64,000 nucleotides of DNA. It comes from a virus. The position numbers and the translations under genes were made by a program. Location: IMG/VR virus record IMGVR_UViG_3300046062_000024; one strand, 5' to 3'. Shown here piece after piece: positions 42,799 to 52,404 of the stretch. The notes beneath the pieces were generated by a model. The model saw only the letters and a program-made list of their open reading frames with translations, was not told the origin of the DNA and ran no database searches. Position 1 is the first letter of the stretch. Every line of letters begins with the position of its first letter.

Positions 42799-43679
42799 GC
42801 GACCTTCCCGACATCGAGACCGGCCAAGTATCCTTCATCGCGTACTTCAACGCCATCGACCAGGGCGGCGTCCAATCCATCGACCCCGAGGAGGTCACGA
42901 GCGACGCCGGCATCGAATCCGCGACGCTGTACGACAACGGCGTGGACGGCACCTATGACCTGACGCACGTTTCCAGCGGCTTCACGAACGACAACGGCCC
43001 GGTTGAGTGCCAGTTCCGGGTCAAGAGCGACGGGTGGATGGTCGCGTACCTCGACCAATCGGAGGAGTTTAACCAGAATGTTCTCGGGAACGCAGGCGAA
43101 TCAGGCACTTATCCTCCTTATCCGGTCGATTCGGGTGTGACTGGCTGGTGGCGGTTGGACCCCCAATGGGCGGGAGTCGGGGAAAACTACCAGGGTGGAA
43201 CTCCGCCTGATGGGGTGAATCATGGTCTCGCCCGTACCATCAATTCTCTCCGGGGGGAGTTCTCGAACTCCGGGTCAATCTCGTACTCCGCGAGCGACGT
43301 GGGCCTGTATAACTTCCAGTATTCCGACGCGACGGCCCACACGCTACTGACCTCGATAGTCGAGAATTACCAGGGTGGAGCGGGCGGCCCGTGGGGGTTC
43401 TCGTACACGGGCTCGACGACCATTGAGGCCGCCGCGATGGCAGGCGGCATCATCGCTGACTTGTACGACGGCGACCTGGAGATGTCGTTTGAAAACACGA
43501 AACTCGTCAAAGCAAGCGACATCACAAATGACCATCCCACGAAAGGCTTCGGTGTCATCAACCCGGTATCTCGCGGCCTCATCCCGAACGCCGACACGAC
43601 ATACGAACACCACATGACGATAAAAGACGGGGGCGATTACCGGACGGAGATACCGACGGCGTACCTCCTCTGGAGCTAA
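42795..43679 (+). CDS. Putative spike/receptor-binding protein A1 (294 aa)
   Basis: GTG start; N-terminus MSDLPDIETGQVSFIAYFNAIDQGGV shared with 45019..45846; divergent C-half. Confidence 0.6.
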   Translation: MSDLPDIETGQVSFIAYFNAIDQGGVQSIDPEEVTSDAGIESATLYDNGVDGTYDLTHVSSGFTNDNGPVECQFRVKSDGWMVAYLDQSEEFNQNVLGNAGESGTYPPYPVDSGVTGWWRLDPQWAGVGENYQGGTPPDGVNHGLARTINSLRGEFSNSGSISYSASDVGLYNFQYSDATAHTLLTSIVENYQGGAGGPWGFSYTGSTTIEAAAMAGGIIADLYDGDLEMSFENTKLVKASDITNDHPTKGFGVINPVSRGLIPNADTTYEHHMTIKDGGDYRTEIPTAYLLWS

Positions 43680-43682
43680 CCC

Positions 43683-44909
43683 ATGAGTGTCACCAACGAA
43701 TCTCACCACGACGCGGACGAGAAATCGCTGTCGGACGACTCCGAGGCCAGAACCGGCACGGGCGGCGACGTACTCGACGTGTGGACGAAGGGCCGCCGGA
43801 CGCTGCTCCGGGACCTGTGGGGCGCCGGAACCGTGAACAACAACTCGTCGTTCGACGCGCCGAAAGGCATCGTGGACCCGAGCGGGAGCCGTCACGACCA
43901 CTCGTTCGAGAACGGGGAGAAGCGTCATGGCGTCTACACGTCGGGCCTCGTCCTCACGGCCGATGGAGCGCCGATGTCGGGGGAGGCGAGAATCGAAAAG
44001 GACGGGACCGCGGTCGAATCCGCCGATGCGTCCGGCAGGTTCATTCTCGCTACCACCCCACAGTCGGGGGTGACGGACGGCGCGGACGTAGCGGGCGTGG
44101 AGTACGACCTCCGGTTCGACATCAACCCGTCCGGTATCGACGTGTATGAGACGGGCATCTTCTCGGGGCGCGATATTGGAACCATCCGGTACGGTGACAT
44201 GGAGGGGGAAATCACGGACTACAACGGCGACCCCGTGCCGAACGAGCCCGTGAGCGGAAAAGGCGGCGGGGCGAGTACGGACGACGACGGGTTCTACACG
44301 TTCAGCGCCCCGGGCGGGACGGACGTAACGGTGTCGTCCCTCTCCGGTGGACACGACAAGACCAAGACGATTCCGGGCGGCTCGACGCTCACGGTGAACT
44401 GGCAGTTCTCGGGGGTGCTGGCGAGTGCGACGCTGCCCGACGGAAAGGCGGTCCCGAACGCCCCCGTCGAAATCGACACTCGTGAAGGCCCGGCGCGAAC
44501 CGACAACGGCGGCGAGGTCCAGTACGTGATGGTGCCGCCCGAGACCGAAGTGACGGTCACGTACCTCGACACCTACGAGGAAACCGTGACGACGGCCGAC
44601 GAGGGCCAGAACGTGGTGGCGCCGATGGAACTCGGCGCCGGCTGTAAAGGCACTATCGTGTCGGAACGGGGCGCGAAGGCGGAGAACGTCGACGTGTATA
44701 TGGACGTTGAGGGCGTCCCTATTGCGTATAGCCGCGAGACCGGGCGGTTCGCCATCGGCGTCCTCGACCCCGGGAACCTATTGGTCGTGTGTAGCGATGA
44801 GGACCGTCGGTACGAGCGGGCGGACAAGGAGTTGGACTTATCGCAGGACGACGTGGTCGAGGTCGATTTCGAGTTGACTGACGCGACGAACATCGGGAAC
44901 GCCATTTAG
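43683..44909 (+). CDS. Putative structural protein B1 with carboxypeptidase-regulatory-like beta-sandwich repeats (408 aa)
   Basis: GEITDYNGDPVPN..V....GGASTDDDGFYTF motif; paralog of 45853..47076. Confidence 0.7.
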   Translation: MSVTNESHHDADEKSLSDDSEARTGTGGDVLDVWTKGRRTLLRDLWGAGTVNNNSSFDAPKGIVDPSGSRHDHSFENGEKRHGVYTSGLVLTADGAPMSGEARIEKDGTAVESADASGRFILATTPQSGVTDGADVAGVEYDLRFDINPSGIDVYETGIFSGRDIGTIRYGDMEGEITDYNGDPVPNEPVSGKGGGASTDDDGFYTFSAPGGTDVTVSSLSGGHDKTKTIPGGSTLTVNWQFSGVLASATLPDGKAVPNAPVEIDTREGPARTDNGGEVQYVMVPPETEVTVTYLDTYEETVTTADEGQNVVAPMELGAGCKGTIVSERGAKAENVDVYMDVEGVPIAYSRETGRFAIGVLDPGNLLVVCSDEDRRYERADKELDLSQDDVVEVDFELTDATNIGNAI

Positions 44910-46820
44910 CCCGGAAAGCCGCCCCACGTTTCAAGTCGCTCGGGCAGATACACCCACCCATGCCGACCGACATCGCCCGGGAATACAGACGAGCCATCGG
45001 CTGCGCGGAGGTGGGTCTGTGAGCGACCTCCCCGATATAGAGACCGGGAAAGTATCCTTCATCGCGTACTTCAACGCCATCGACCAGGGCGGCGTCAACG
45101 ACATCGACCCGACCGAAGTCACCAACCACTCGAACGTCCAGTCCTACACGTTGTACGATAACGGCGTCGAAGGCGTCTACAACACCGTCACGGGGCGGAA
45201 CTGCGATTTCCGGGTAAAGGAGGACGGCTGGTTCGTCGCGTGGTTCAACCGGGACGAGAACTTCAACAACAACTCGTACATCTCCGCGGACGATGTTCGC
45301 GGTCCCTGGGACCTCCTGAACGATTGGGTTGACCATACCAGTGCGGACGACATCACGGCGAACTCGTTGGAACGCTGCATCAACGCGCTAAAGAGCGAAC
45401 TCAGCAACAGCGGCAGCGTCACGTACAGCGCCAGCGACGTAGGTCTGTACGACTATCGGTACTCCTCAGCCGCCGGCATCACCGCGCTCTCGACCTACCA
45501 CCGCGAAGGTAGCGAAAACACATCAACCCAGCAGAATCCTGGGCTCCAGTACACGTCCGGCACGACCGTTCATTGGGCCGCCGGCATCGGCACCGTCCGC
45601 GCCGACGCCGGGTTTAGCGACTTATCGGAGGGCGAGGTAGACTTCAATGGGACGGACATCGCCTACGCCAATACCGGAGACAACGACTACAACGACACGA
45701 AGGACCACGGCGGTATCGACCTCATCAGCCGCGGGCTCATCCCCGATGCGGACACGGAGTACACGGGACTGGTTCGCTGTGAAGTAATCATAGACAACGA
45801 GCCGTATGCTGAAGCGGTGCTGAGTTGTCTTCTGGTGTGGGAGTGACCCATCATGGGCGTCAATGCAACACAGGATGTCGATGTGGAAACGGACATCACG
45901 CCCGAATCCCCGGGTGGCGCGAGCGACGGCCCCGGCGGCGGGGTGATGAGCGTATGGCAGCAGGACCGCGTCACGAAGCTCAACCAGTTGGCGACCTCGT
46001 CGTTCACGAACAATTCGTCGTATGACATCCCGAACGGCGTCGTGGACACCCAACAGTTCGACACCGCGTTCGAGAACAACGAAAAACGCCTCGGCGTGTT
46101 CGCCACGGGCCTCGTCCTCACGGCCGATGGAGCGCCGATGCCGGGGGCGGCGAGAATCGAAAAGGACGGAAAAGCGGTCGAATCCGTCGATACGTCCGGC
46201 CAGTTCACCGCCACCACCACGCCACAACAAGGGGTCGTGAACGGCGAGAACGCGGGTAGTGAGGAGTACGATTTCCGGTTCGACATCGACCTTGAAGGTA
46301 TCGACCTGTTCAAAACCGGCATCTATTCGGGACGCGACATCGGGACGATTCAGTACGGCGACATGGAGGGGAAAATCACGGACTACAACGGCGACCCCAT
46401 CCCGAACGAATCCGTGACCGGGAAAGGCGGCGGTGGGGCGAGTACGGACGACGAGGGGTTCTACACGTTCCGCGCGCCCGGCGGAACCGACGTGACGGTC
46501 TCATCATTGTCCGGGGAAGTAGACAAGACCCGGACGGTCCCCGGCGCCTCGGCGCTCACGGTAGACTGGCAGTTCGCCGGCGTGACGGCGAAAGCATCAC
46601 TGCCCGACGGCACGACCGTGCCGAACGCCCCCGTCGAAATCAGCAGCCGCGAGGGGAACGCCCGCACCGACGAGGGCGGGGAGAACCAGTACGTCGCGGT
46701 GCCGCCCGAGACCGAAGTGACGGTCACGTACCTCGACACCTACGAGGAAACCGTGACGACGGCCGACGAGGGCCAGAACGTGGTGGCGCCGATGGAACTC
46801 GGCGCCGGCTGTAAAGGCAC
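44531..46820 (+). repeat. 123-bp identical direct repeat (44531-44653 and 46698-46820) within a ~2.2-kb two-gene duplication
   Basis: Base-by-base comparison of the two segments. Confidence 0.85.
45019..45846 (+). CDS. Putative spike/receptor-binding protein A2 (275 aa)
   Basis: Paralog of 42795..43679. Confidence 0.6.
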   Translation: MSDLPDIETGKVSFIAYFNAIDQGGVNDIDPTEVTNHSNVQSYTLYDNGVEGVYNTVTGRNCDFRVKEDGWFVAWFNRDENFNNNSYISADDVRGPWDLLNDWVDHTSADDITANSLERCINALKSELSNSGSVTYSASDVGLYDYRYSSAAGITALSTYHREGSENTSTQQNPGLQYTSGTTVHWAAGIGTVRADAGFSDLSEGEVDFNGTDIAYANTGDNDYNDTKDHGGIDLISRGLIPDADTEYTGLVRCEVIIDNEPYAEAVLSCLLVWE

Positions 46821-47076
46821 CATCGTCTCCGAACGCGGCGTGAAAGTCGAGAACGTGGACGTGTATATGGACGTTGAAGGCGTCCCGATTGCGTACAGCC
46901 GCGACACGGGGCGGTTCGCCATCGGCGTCGCTGACCCGGGCAACCTGTACGTCGTGTGCAGCGACGAGGACCGCCGGTACGAGCGCGCCGACAAGGAGTT
47001 GGACTTATCCCAGGACGATGTCGTCGAGGTCAACTTCCGGCTCGTGGACTCGACGGCCGTCGGCAACGTCGCATAG
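45853..47076 (+). CDS. Putative structural protein B2 (407 aa)
   Basis: Paralog of 43683..44909. Confidence 0.7.
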   Translation: MGVNATQDVDVETDITPESPGGASDGPGGGVMSVWQQDRVTKLNQLATSSFTNNSSYDIPNGVVDTQQFDTAFENNEKRLGVFATGLVLTADGAPMPGAARIEKDGKAVESVDTSGQFTATTTPQQGVVNGENAGSEEYDFRFDIDLEGIDLFKTGIYSGRDIGTIQYGDMEGKITDYNGDPIPNESVTGKGGGGASTDDEGFYTFRAPGGTDVTVSSLSGEVDKTRTVPGASALTVDWQFAGVTAKASLPDGTTVPNAPVEISSREGNARTDEGGENQYVAVPPETEVTVTYLDTYEETVTTADEGQNVVAPMELGAGCKGTIVSERGVKVENVDVYMDVEGVPIAYSRDTGRFAIGVADPGNLYVVCSDEDRRYERADKELDLSQDDVVEVNFRLVDSTAVGNVA

Positions 47077-47125
47077 CCGCCCACGCCCCCTGTGTTTCAA
47101 GAAGCCTCGGGAGGTATAGCTACGC

Positions 47126-48832
47126 ATGCCGGCCAACACCGACCGGAAATACAAACAAATCATCGACTACGTCGTCGACCAAGTCGGCGCAGACGTAGAC
47201 AGAGACCTCCTCCGGGTCGCTATCGCCTCCCAAGACGACCCCGCGACGATGAACATGAACGTCGAGGAAATCGGGGGCACCGCACAGTCCGGCGGCGACC
47301 TCATTGCCGCGCTCCAGTCCGTCAGTGCCGACGACGAACTCCGCCTCCGGCTGTTCGCAGAGGACAACGCCGGTAATCTCGCCGAGATACAGGGCGAAGA
47401 ACTCGGCACACCCCTTGCCGGCACCGAGACCGCGGTCGTCACGAAACTCGCCGACATCCTGGGTTCGGTCGCCAACGACGAAGCGCGCGTGTCCGTGTAC
47501 GCCGAGGACGACGCCGGGAACCTCGTCGAAGTCCAGTCAGGCGACCTCGACGCTACCGTCGCCGGGACCGAGACCGGCGTCGTCACCGTGGTCGCCCGCG
47601 CGCTCGCCGAAGTCGGGAACACGGAACTCCGCACCCGCGTCCTCGGGCTGGATGACGCCGGCGCACTCCAGGAGGGACAAATAGAGGCGCTCGACACCGG
47701 CGTCGCCGCCGGGACGTACTCCCAACTCACCTATCTCGCCCGCGCACTCAACTCACAGAGCCTCGACGAGTTCATCTCTCGCGTCACGGACTCGACCGGC
47801 ACCCAAATCGACCCCTTAACCCAGGACGCCACCGAGGCCGTCGGGAACACGGAACTCCGCACCCGCGCACTCGGTCCCGATTCCGCTGGTAATCTCAGAC
47901 AGGCGAACGTCGAGGGATTCGACACCGGCCTCGCCGCCACGGACGCCGGGGTGGCGACGTACACCGCTCGCGCGCTGGAGGCCATTGGCCAGGACCACGT
48001 CCAGGCCTCGCTGTACGCCGACGACCCGAACAACGTACTCAGCCGTCTCAACGTCAACAACAACGGCGAACTGCTGACGGATGCGACGTTGAGCAGCGAG
48101 AGCGCGTTCATCGACGCGGACGACGACGACGGCAATACGCTCAACCCGAACGCGGAGACGCTCTCCCAAGCAATCGTGGACCCTGACGGGCTCGTGACGT
48201 ATCTCGCCCGGGCGCTGGCGTCGCAGGGCCAGGACGAGCTTCAAGTCGAACAGCAGACGCCGGTTGGCATCGAGGGCGATGACGACGATGGGAACACGCT
48301 CAATGTGGCCGTGGAGAGGTTCTCGGAGGGTATCACCGACCGGCCGGGCCTCCTTACCTACCTCGCCCGGGCGCTTGCCTCGAAAGGCCACGACCAGCTT
48401 CGCGTGGACCTCCAGAACAACAACGCCGGCACGCTCGCCGTCGAACCCCAGACGCCGGTCGCGGTCGAGGACGCCTCCGGCACCCAGGTAAACCCCGCAA
48501 TCCAAACTGACTACCTTTACTACCAGACCGGCGGCCACGACCTCGTGGGGTCGGGCGACATCTCCATTGGTCCTGCCGCCGTCCAGCGCGCGACCGCCGT
48601 TGTCATCGCCGCCACCTCGACCGACGACAACGCCTTCAGCGTCAGCGTCGAGTGGGTCGACGGCAACGGGAACACGTATCAGAGCGAGTCCGCGACGGAC
48701 ATCGGGCTGGACTCGATTACGGAGGATTACGCCCGTCTCGTGCGAAAGGGGCCACAGGTCCAGGTCACGGTGACGGACGAGTCCGGCGCGGCGCAGAACC
48801 TCGTGAACGTCCACGCCGACACGGAGCGGTAG
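47126..48832 (+). CDS. Repeat-rich putative fibre/structural protein (568 aa)
   Basis: Recurrent L(T/V)YLARAL and DD.GN.L motifs. Confidence 0.65.
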   Translation: MPANTDRKYKQIIDYVVDQVGADVDRDLLRVAIASQDDPATMNMNVEEIGGTAQSGGDLIAALQSVSADDELRLRLFAEDNAGNLAEIQGEELGTPLAGTETAVVTKLADILGSVANDEARVSVYAEDDAGNLVEVQSGDLDATVAGTETGVVTVVARALAEVGNTELRTRVLGLDDAGALQEGQIEALDTGVAAGTYSQLTYLARALNSQSLDEFISRVTDSTGTQIDPLTQDATEAVGNTELRTRALGPDSAGNLRQANVEGFDTGLAATDAGVATYTARALEAIGQDHVQASLYADDPNNVLSRLNVNNNGELLTDATLSSESAFIDADDDDGNTLNPNAETLSQAIVDPDGLVTYLARALASQGQDELQVEQQTPVGIEGDDDDGNTLNVAVERFSEGITDRPGLLTYLARALASKGHDQLRVDLQNNNAGTLAVEPQTPVAVEDASGTQVNPAIQTDYLYYQTGGHDLVGSGDISIGPAAVQRATAVVIAATSTDDNAFSVSVEWVDGNGNTYQSESATDIGLDSITEDYARLVRKGPQVQVTVTDESGAAQNLVNVHADTER

Positions 48833-50152
48833 ATGCCCTACGACCAGTTGGCCGGCGTCGACGAACCACCGGGCGACGGCGGGGAGAGTACGCCGTACCG
48901 AGCGAAGAAAACCGCCGCCCAAACCGTCCAGTTCAGTCTCGACCCGGATTTCCCCGTCTCGAAGAAACGCTGGTACTATTCGTCGAACGGCACCGACTTC
49001 GACGACACCAACATTGCCAGTAAGACCGGCGAAATCGAGGTCTCGACCACCGCAACCGGCACCGACACCGCCCGCCTCCGCACCGCCATCAGCGGCGAAT
49101 ACGTCTCCCATGCGCTCGCCGAACCCGGCCAAGCCATCCGCATCCCAACGACGCACCTCTCGTTCGACGCGGACGGCGCCGTCCAACTCAGCCACGGTCG
49201 GATGATATGGGGCGCCTTCACGTATGACGCCGCGAACGACGCCATTGAGAACGGCCTCGGCCTCGTCCTCGACAGCACCGGATTGTCGGCGTTCCTCCGC
49301 AAGAACTCGGCGCACGTCGAGGACTCACCCGTCACGCAGACCGCGTGGAACCTCGACGACGCGCTGGACCCCGGCACGGGCGCCGGGGCGCTGGACCTCT
49401 CGGCGGGCCACACGTGGAACGAGCCCTACACGTGGTACAACGCCAACCCCTTGACGGTCGGCTATGTGGATTCGCGGCTCGACCGCTTCCGACCCGTCCA
49501 CCAGTTCCGGCCCGAGACCTCGCCGACGATGGGCACCCCGAACCTCCCGATTCAGTGCATCGTCGACAACCAGGGGACCGCGAGCGCGCTGGAGTGCTAC
49601 GTTGGTGGCGTCCAGTACAGTATGTACGGCGCCACGAGAGAGGGTCGGAACATCCGTCGGACCCGCACCGGCCGCACGACGCAGAACACGTATATCGACA
49701 CGCCGGCCGCCACGTCCAATAACGCGGTCGACCCGTTCGCCGAGCCCGGCCTCCCACTCCTCGCCGTGCGACGGCGGGGACGCGACACGATGCCGCTGAA
49801 CACCGATAGCTTCGAGGTCAGGCCGACACAGGACGTGTGGCTGTTCGTGTGGGACGAGTACGACGAGGCGAGCGCGCTCACCGGGGCGAACTTCCGGCAC
49901 CCACACGGCGACAACACCGGCGTCGAGTCCCAGGTCGAGGTGGACACGGAGGCGACCGCGTACTCGCCGGCGACGGCGGTGTTGCGGGAGGCCATCCCGT
50001 TGAAGGGGGCGGATACGACGCCGGTGGCGTTCGCCGACGAGCGCACCGGCGGCACGGTGCCGGACCGCGCCACGCGGGTGGTGTCGGCGGCCCATCGTGG
50101 GAACGCGGCGGACGTGGACCCGATACGCGCGCGGTTGACCGAGGGCTATTAA
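48833..50152 (+). CDS. Putative virion protein, lectin/jelly-roll-like (439 aa)
   Basis: AWNLDDALDPG.G.GALDLSAGH..N.PYTWY resembles a motif I recall from phage structural hypotheticals (unverified). Confidence 0.55.
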   Translation: MPYDQLAGVDEPPGDGGESTPYRAKKTAAQTVQFSLDPDFPVSKKRWYYSSNGTDFDDTNIASKTGEIEVSTTATGTDTARLRTAISGEYVSHALAEPGQAIRIPTTHLSFDADGAVQLSHGRMIWGAFTYDAANDAIENGLGLVLDSTGLSAFLRKNSAHVEDSPVTQTAWNLDDALDPGTGAGALDLSAGHTWNEPYTWYNANPLTVGYVDSRLDRFRPVHQFRPETSPTMGTPNLPIQCIVDNQGTASALECYVGGVQYSMYGATREGRNIRRTRTGRTTQNTYIDTPAATSNNAVDPFAEPGLPLLAVRRRGRDTMPLNTDSFEVRPTQDVWLFVWDEYDEASALTGANFRHPHGDNTGVESQVEVDTEATAYSPATAVLREAIPLKGADTTPVAFADERTGGTVPDRATRVVSAAHRGNAADVDPIRARLTEGY

Positions 50153-50176
50153 CCCTGGCGCTCGGTAGGGTTTCGC

Positions 50177-51604
50177 ATGGGCGTTGACCAGGTGTCGCGG
50201 CACGACCATAGTTCGGATGCGGACGGTGGCGAGTCCATCTCGCCCACAGCGGTCAGTACAAAAACTGTTAATGGTATCGTTAATGTCGCGTCGTTTAATA
50301 CGTTCCAAGACGCGATTGATTATGCAGATGTCGGTGGAGAGCTTTGGTTCGACCCCACAGAGACGTTCAAAGTCTCTAACTACGGGAACGCAACCATTAA
50401 TAAACCGCTCTCGTTCACCGGGCGGCACGCACGGAGCGCATCAAGCATAGAAGCTGTCGGCAGCACCATCCGCCAGGACACCACATCGCCCGCGTTCCAG
50501 ATTCCAAGCGGTGAAGACATCAAAGCAATATCGTGGAATGGTGTTGGATTCAACATGGATTCCAACGCCCCCATTCTTGAAAACCTCGGAACGGCAAATT
50601 TTTCAACTATTAGCGAGGTTTACGGGAGCTGCAATGCGAACGGCGGCAACGCCTTCAACCTCGTCGGAGAAAACTACTTCCTGACACTCAAAGACGTATA
50701 TGTCAGGCGGGCCGACCCTGGACCCGCAACGACTATTGAAACCTTGGGCGGACAGGTTACTATCCGCGACTCGTCCTTCCAGGCAGGCTCAAGTGCAACC
50801 GGCGGGCCAATTCTCGATGTCGGCGTTGAGAGCAGGCTGCTTCTAGATTCCGTCGACGTTGGCGGGTCGACAGATGTTGACGGCATCCATATATATCAGC
50901 CGTCGACTCGCTTCTTTGCTCCGGGCGGGACGATACAAAATTGCTCAGCAGAAAGCGTTAATCGGGGGTTTGTCGTCGGAGAAGCAGGCAAAACGAACGC
51001 GTCAGTCGTCGGTGTGGAGCTTCTCGGGAATTTCACCATTAAAAACGACGGTCCCGGTGTGTTGTTTGATGATGCTGTGGGGTGTGTCGACAGGATGTCA
51101 GTACTGGAGGAGGGGTCGTCGTCAGGAACAGCCGGTGAGGCAACGTCAAACGCGGCGCAATGTGGATTCCAACTCAGCGAAGCTTTACGGGCTGAGACAT
51201 ACGACGTGTCTCCCGGAAACCGATGCCATGTGCATTTCCAGGGAACGCCTGTTGAAACAGACGGGCGAATATCGGGGTTCACCGCACCGACAGAGGGGTC
51301 GACGGTGTGGAATAAGGATGACGCTGGACTTAACGTCAAGGACCCGCAGGGATGGTTTGAGGTTCCTCACGGGACAAAAGGAGTTGAGACTCAAAGCGGG
51401 GATGGGTCAACGAAAACCTTCTCGATTCCACACGGCCTTAGTGGCCGTGCGCCGTCGATGGTGAGTGTTGATGCGGCGAGCGAGGACGCGTCTACGGACT
51501 TTTATGTTAGTGACCGAACAGGCACCGATATTGAAATAACGTACCCGGCGGCCCCAGCTAGCGGGACGGACAATCTCCAGTGGATTTGGATTGCAGCGGT
51601 CTAA
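50177..51604 (+). CDS. Pectate-lyase-like beta-helix spike/depolymerase (475 aa)
   Basis: VNVASF..FQDAID..GGELWF opening, Asn/Gly/Val/Ile coil pattern, C-terminal FSIPHGL motif; visibly AT-richer than flanks. Confidence 0.65.
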   Translation: MGVDQVSRHDHSSDADGGESISPTAVSTKTVNGIVNVASFNTFQDAIDYADVGGELWFDPTETFKVSNYGNATINKPLSFTGRHARSASSIEAVGSTIRQDTTSPAFQIPSGEDIKAISWNGVGFNMDSNAPILENLGTANFSTISEVYGSCNANGGNAFNLVGENYFLTLKDVYVRRADPGPATTIETLGGQVTIRDSSFQAGSSATGGPILDVGVESRLLLDSVDVGGSTDVDGIHIYQPSTRFFAPGGTIQNCSAESVNRGFVVGEAGKTNASVVGVELLGNFTIKNDGPGVLFDDAVGCVDRMSVLEEGSSSGTAGEATSNAAQCGFQLSEALRAETYDVSPGNRCHVHFQGTPVETDGRISGFTAPTEGSTVWNKDDAGLNVKDPQGWFEVPHGTKGVETQSGDGSTKTFSIPHGLSGRAPSMVSVDAASEDASTDFYVSDRTGTDIEITYPAAPASGTDNLQWIWIAAV

Positions 51605-51709
51605 TACCGCACAAAAATTCGTCAAGGCCGCTCGGTAATGAGCGCAACTGACCGCCTGTTTCAATAGCGGGGCGAGGTGTTATAGTCTAAGGACCGCTAC
51701 CGCCTCGTT

Positions 51710-51937
51710 ATGGACCTGTCGAGCTTCGCTAAACCACGGTTCGTCCTCGCCGCGCTCGCACTCGTCGTCGTCGGCGTCCTCATGGGCATCGGCCGAGTGG
51801 ACCAGACCGGCGGCCTCACCGTCATCATCGGCGTCCTCGCCGCCTTCGGCGCCTACACCCAGAGCGACAGAGCCCAGCAGGCGGCCGAGACCGCCACCGT
51901 CCACGCCAAATCCCGACTGCCGACGACGGACGAGTAG
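51710..51937 (+). CDS. Small two-TM membrane protein (holin-like or virion membrane protein)
   Basis: Two hydrophobic helices and a polar tail; follows the spike gene. Confidence 0.6.
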   Translation: MDLSSFAKPRFVLAALALVVVGVLMGIGRVDQTGGLTVIIGVLAAFGAYTQSDRAQQAAETATVHAKSRLPTTDE

Positions 51938-51951
51938 CGACGGGCGGTGGC

Positions 51952-51957
51952 TTTAAG
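51952..51957 (+). promoter_or_regulatory. TATA-like box TTTAAG
   Basis: 27 nt before ATG 51984 (leaderless geometry). Confidence 0.5.
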
Positions 51958-51983
51958 CCCCGATGGTGTGATGCTATAGCCGC

Positions 51984-52127
51984 ATGTCGGAGACAACGAC
52001 CGTCGAGGTAACACACGAGGGCCGACTCACCATCCCAAAACCCACACGGAAAGCCCTCGGCATCGAAGGCCAAAACGCGATACTCCAGTTAGACATCGAA
52101 GTCCGCGAGGAGGTCAACAATGGCTGA
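51984..52127 (+). CDS. AbrB/MazE/SpoVT-family DNA-binding protein (47 aa)
   Basis: EVTHEGRLTIPKPTRKALGIE; below the ORF-track cutoff. Confidence 0.75.
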   Translation: MSETTTVEVTHEGRLTIPKPTRKALGIEGQNAILQLDIEVREEVNNG

Positions 52128-52398
52128 CCACGACATCGACCTCACCACCGAGGGGTTCACCATCCACGCATCAGAGAAAGTGTCAACAGGGGATTATGAG
52201 ACGGGCACCGTCTCCATGACCATCGAGGGGTCAATCGAAGGCGTCGACGTAGACGCCGAACTCCCCGACGCACTCCGCGCACGACTCCACACCATCCAGC
52301 GGCAACTCCAGCGCGACGTAGAACAGGCCGCGATGAACCGGGTGCGGGAGCGACAGCACGAGGAGTGGGGCCCGAACGCCGGCGTCGACAGGGAGTGA
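52120..52398 (+). CDS. Hypothetical protein (92 aa)
   Basis: GGAGG SD; ORF track. Confidence 0.7.
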   Translation: MADHDIDLTTEGFTIHASEKVSTGDYETGTVSMTIEGSIEGVDVDAELPDALRARLHTIQRQLQRDVEQAAMNRVRERQHEEWGPNAGVDRE

Positions 52399-52404
52399 CC
52401 GATA

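Noticed and set aside
42795-47076. Diversity-generating retroelement or invertible shufflon acting on the spike genes
   Set aside because: No reverse transcriptase, no adenine-specific TR/VR pattern seen, and the repeats are direct rather than inverted.
47081-47090. CCACGCCCCC as a further copy of the array element
   Set aside because: Only an 8-9 nt match in GC-rich DNA, no hairpin half and no linked start codon; expected by chance.
51984-52398. MazEF/VapBC toxin-antitoxin pair
   Set aside because: The AbrB-like gene is clear, but the downstream 92-aa protein shows no PIN or MazF motif.
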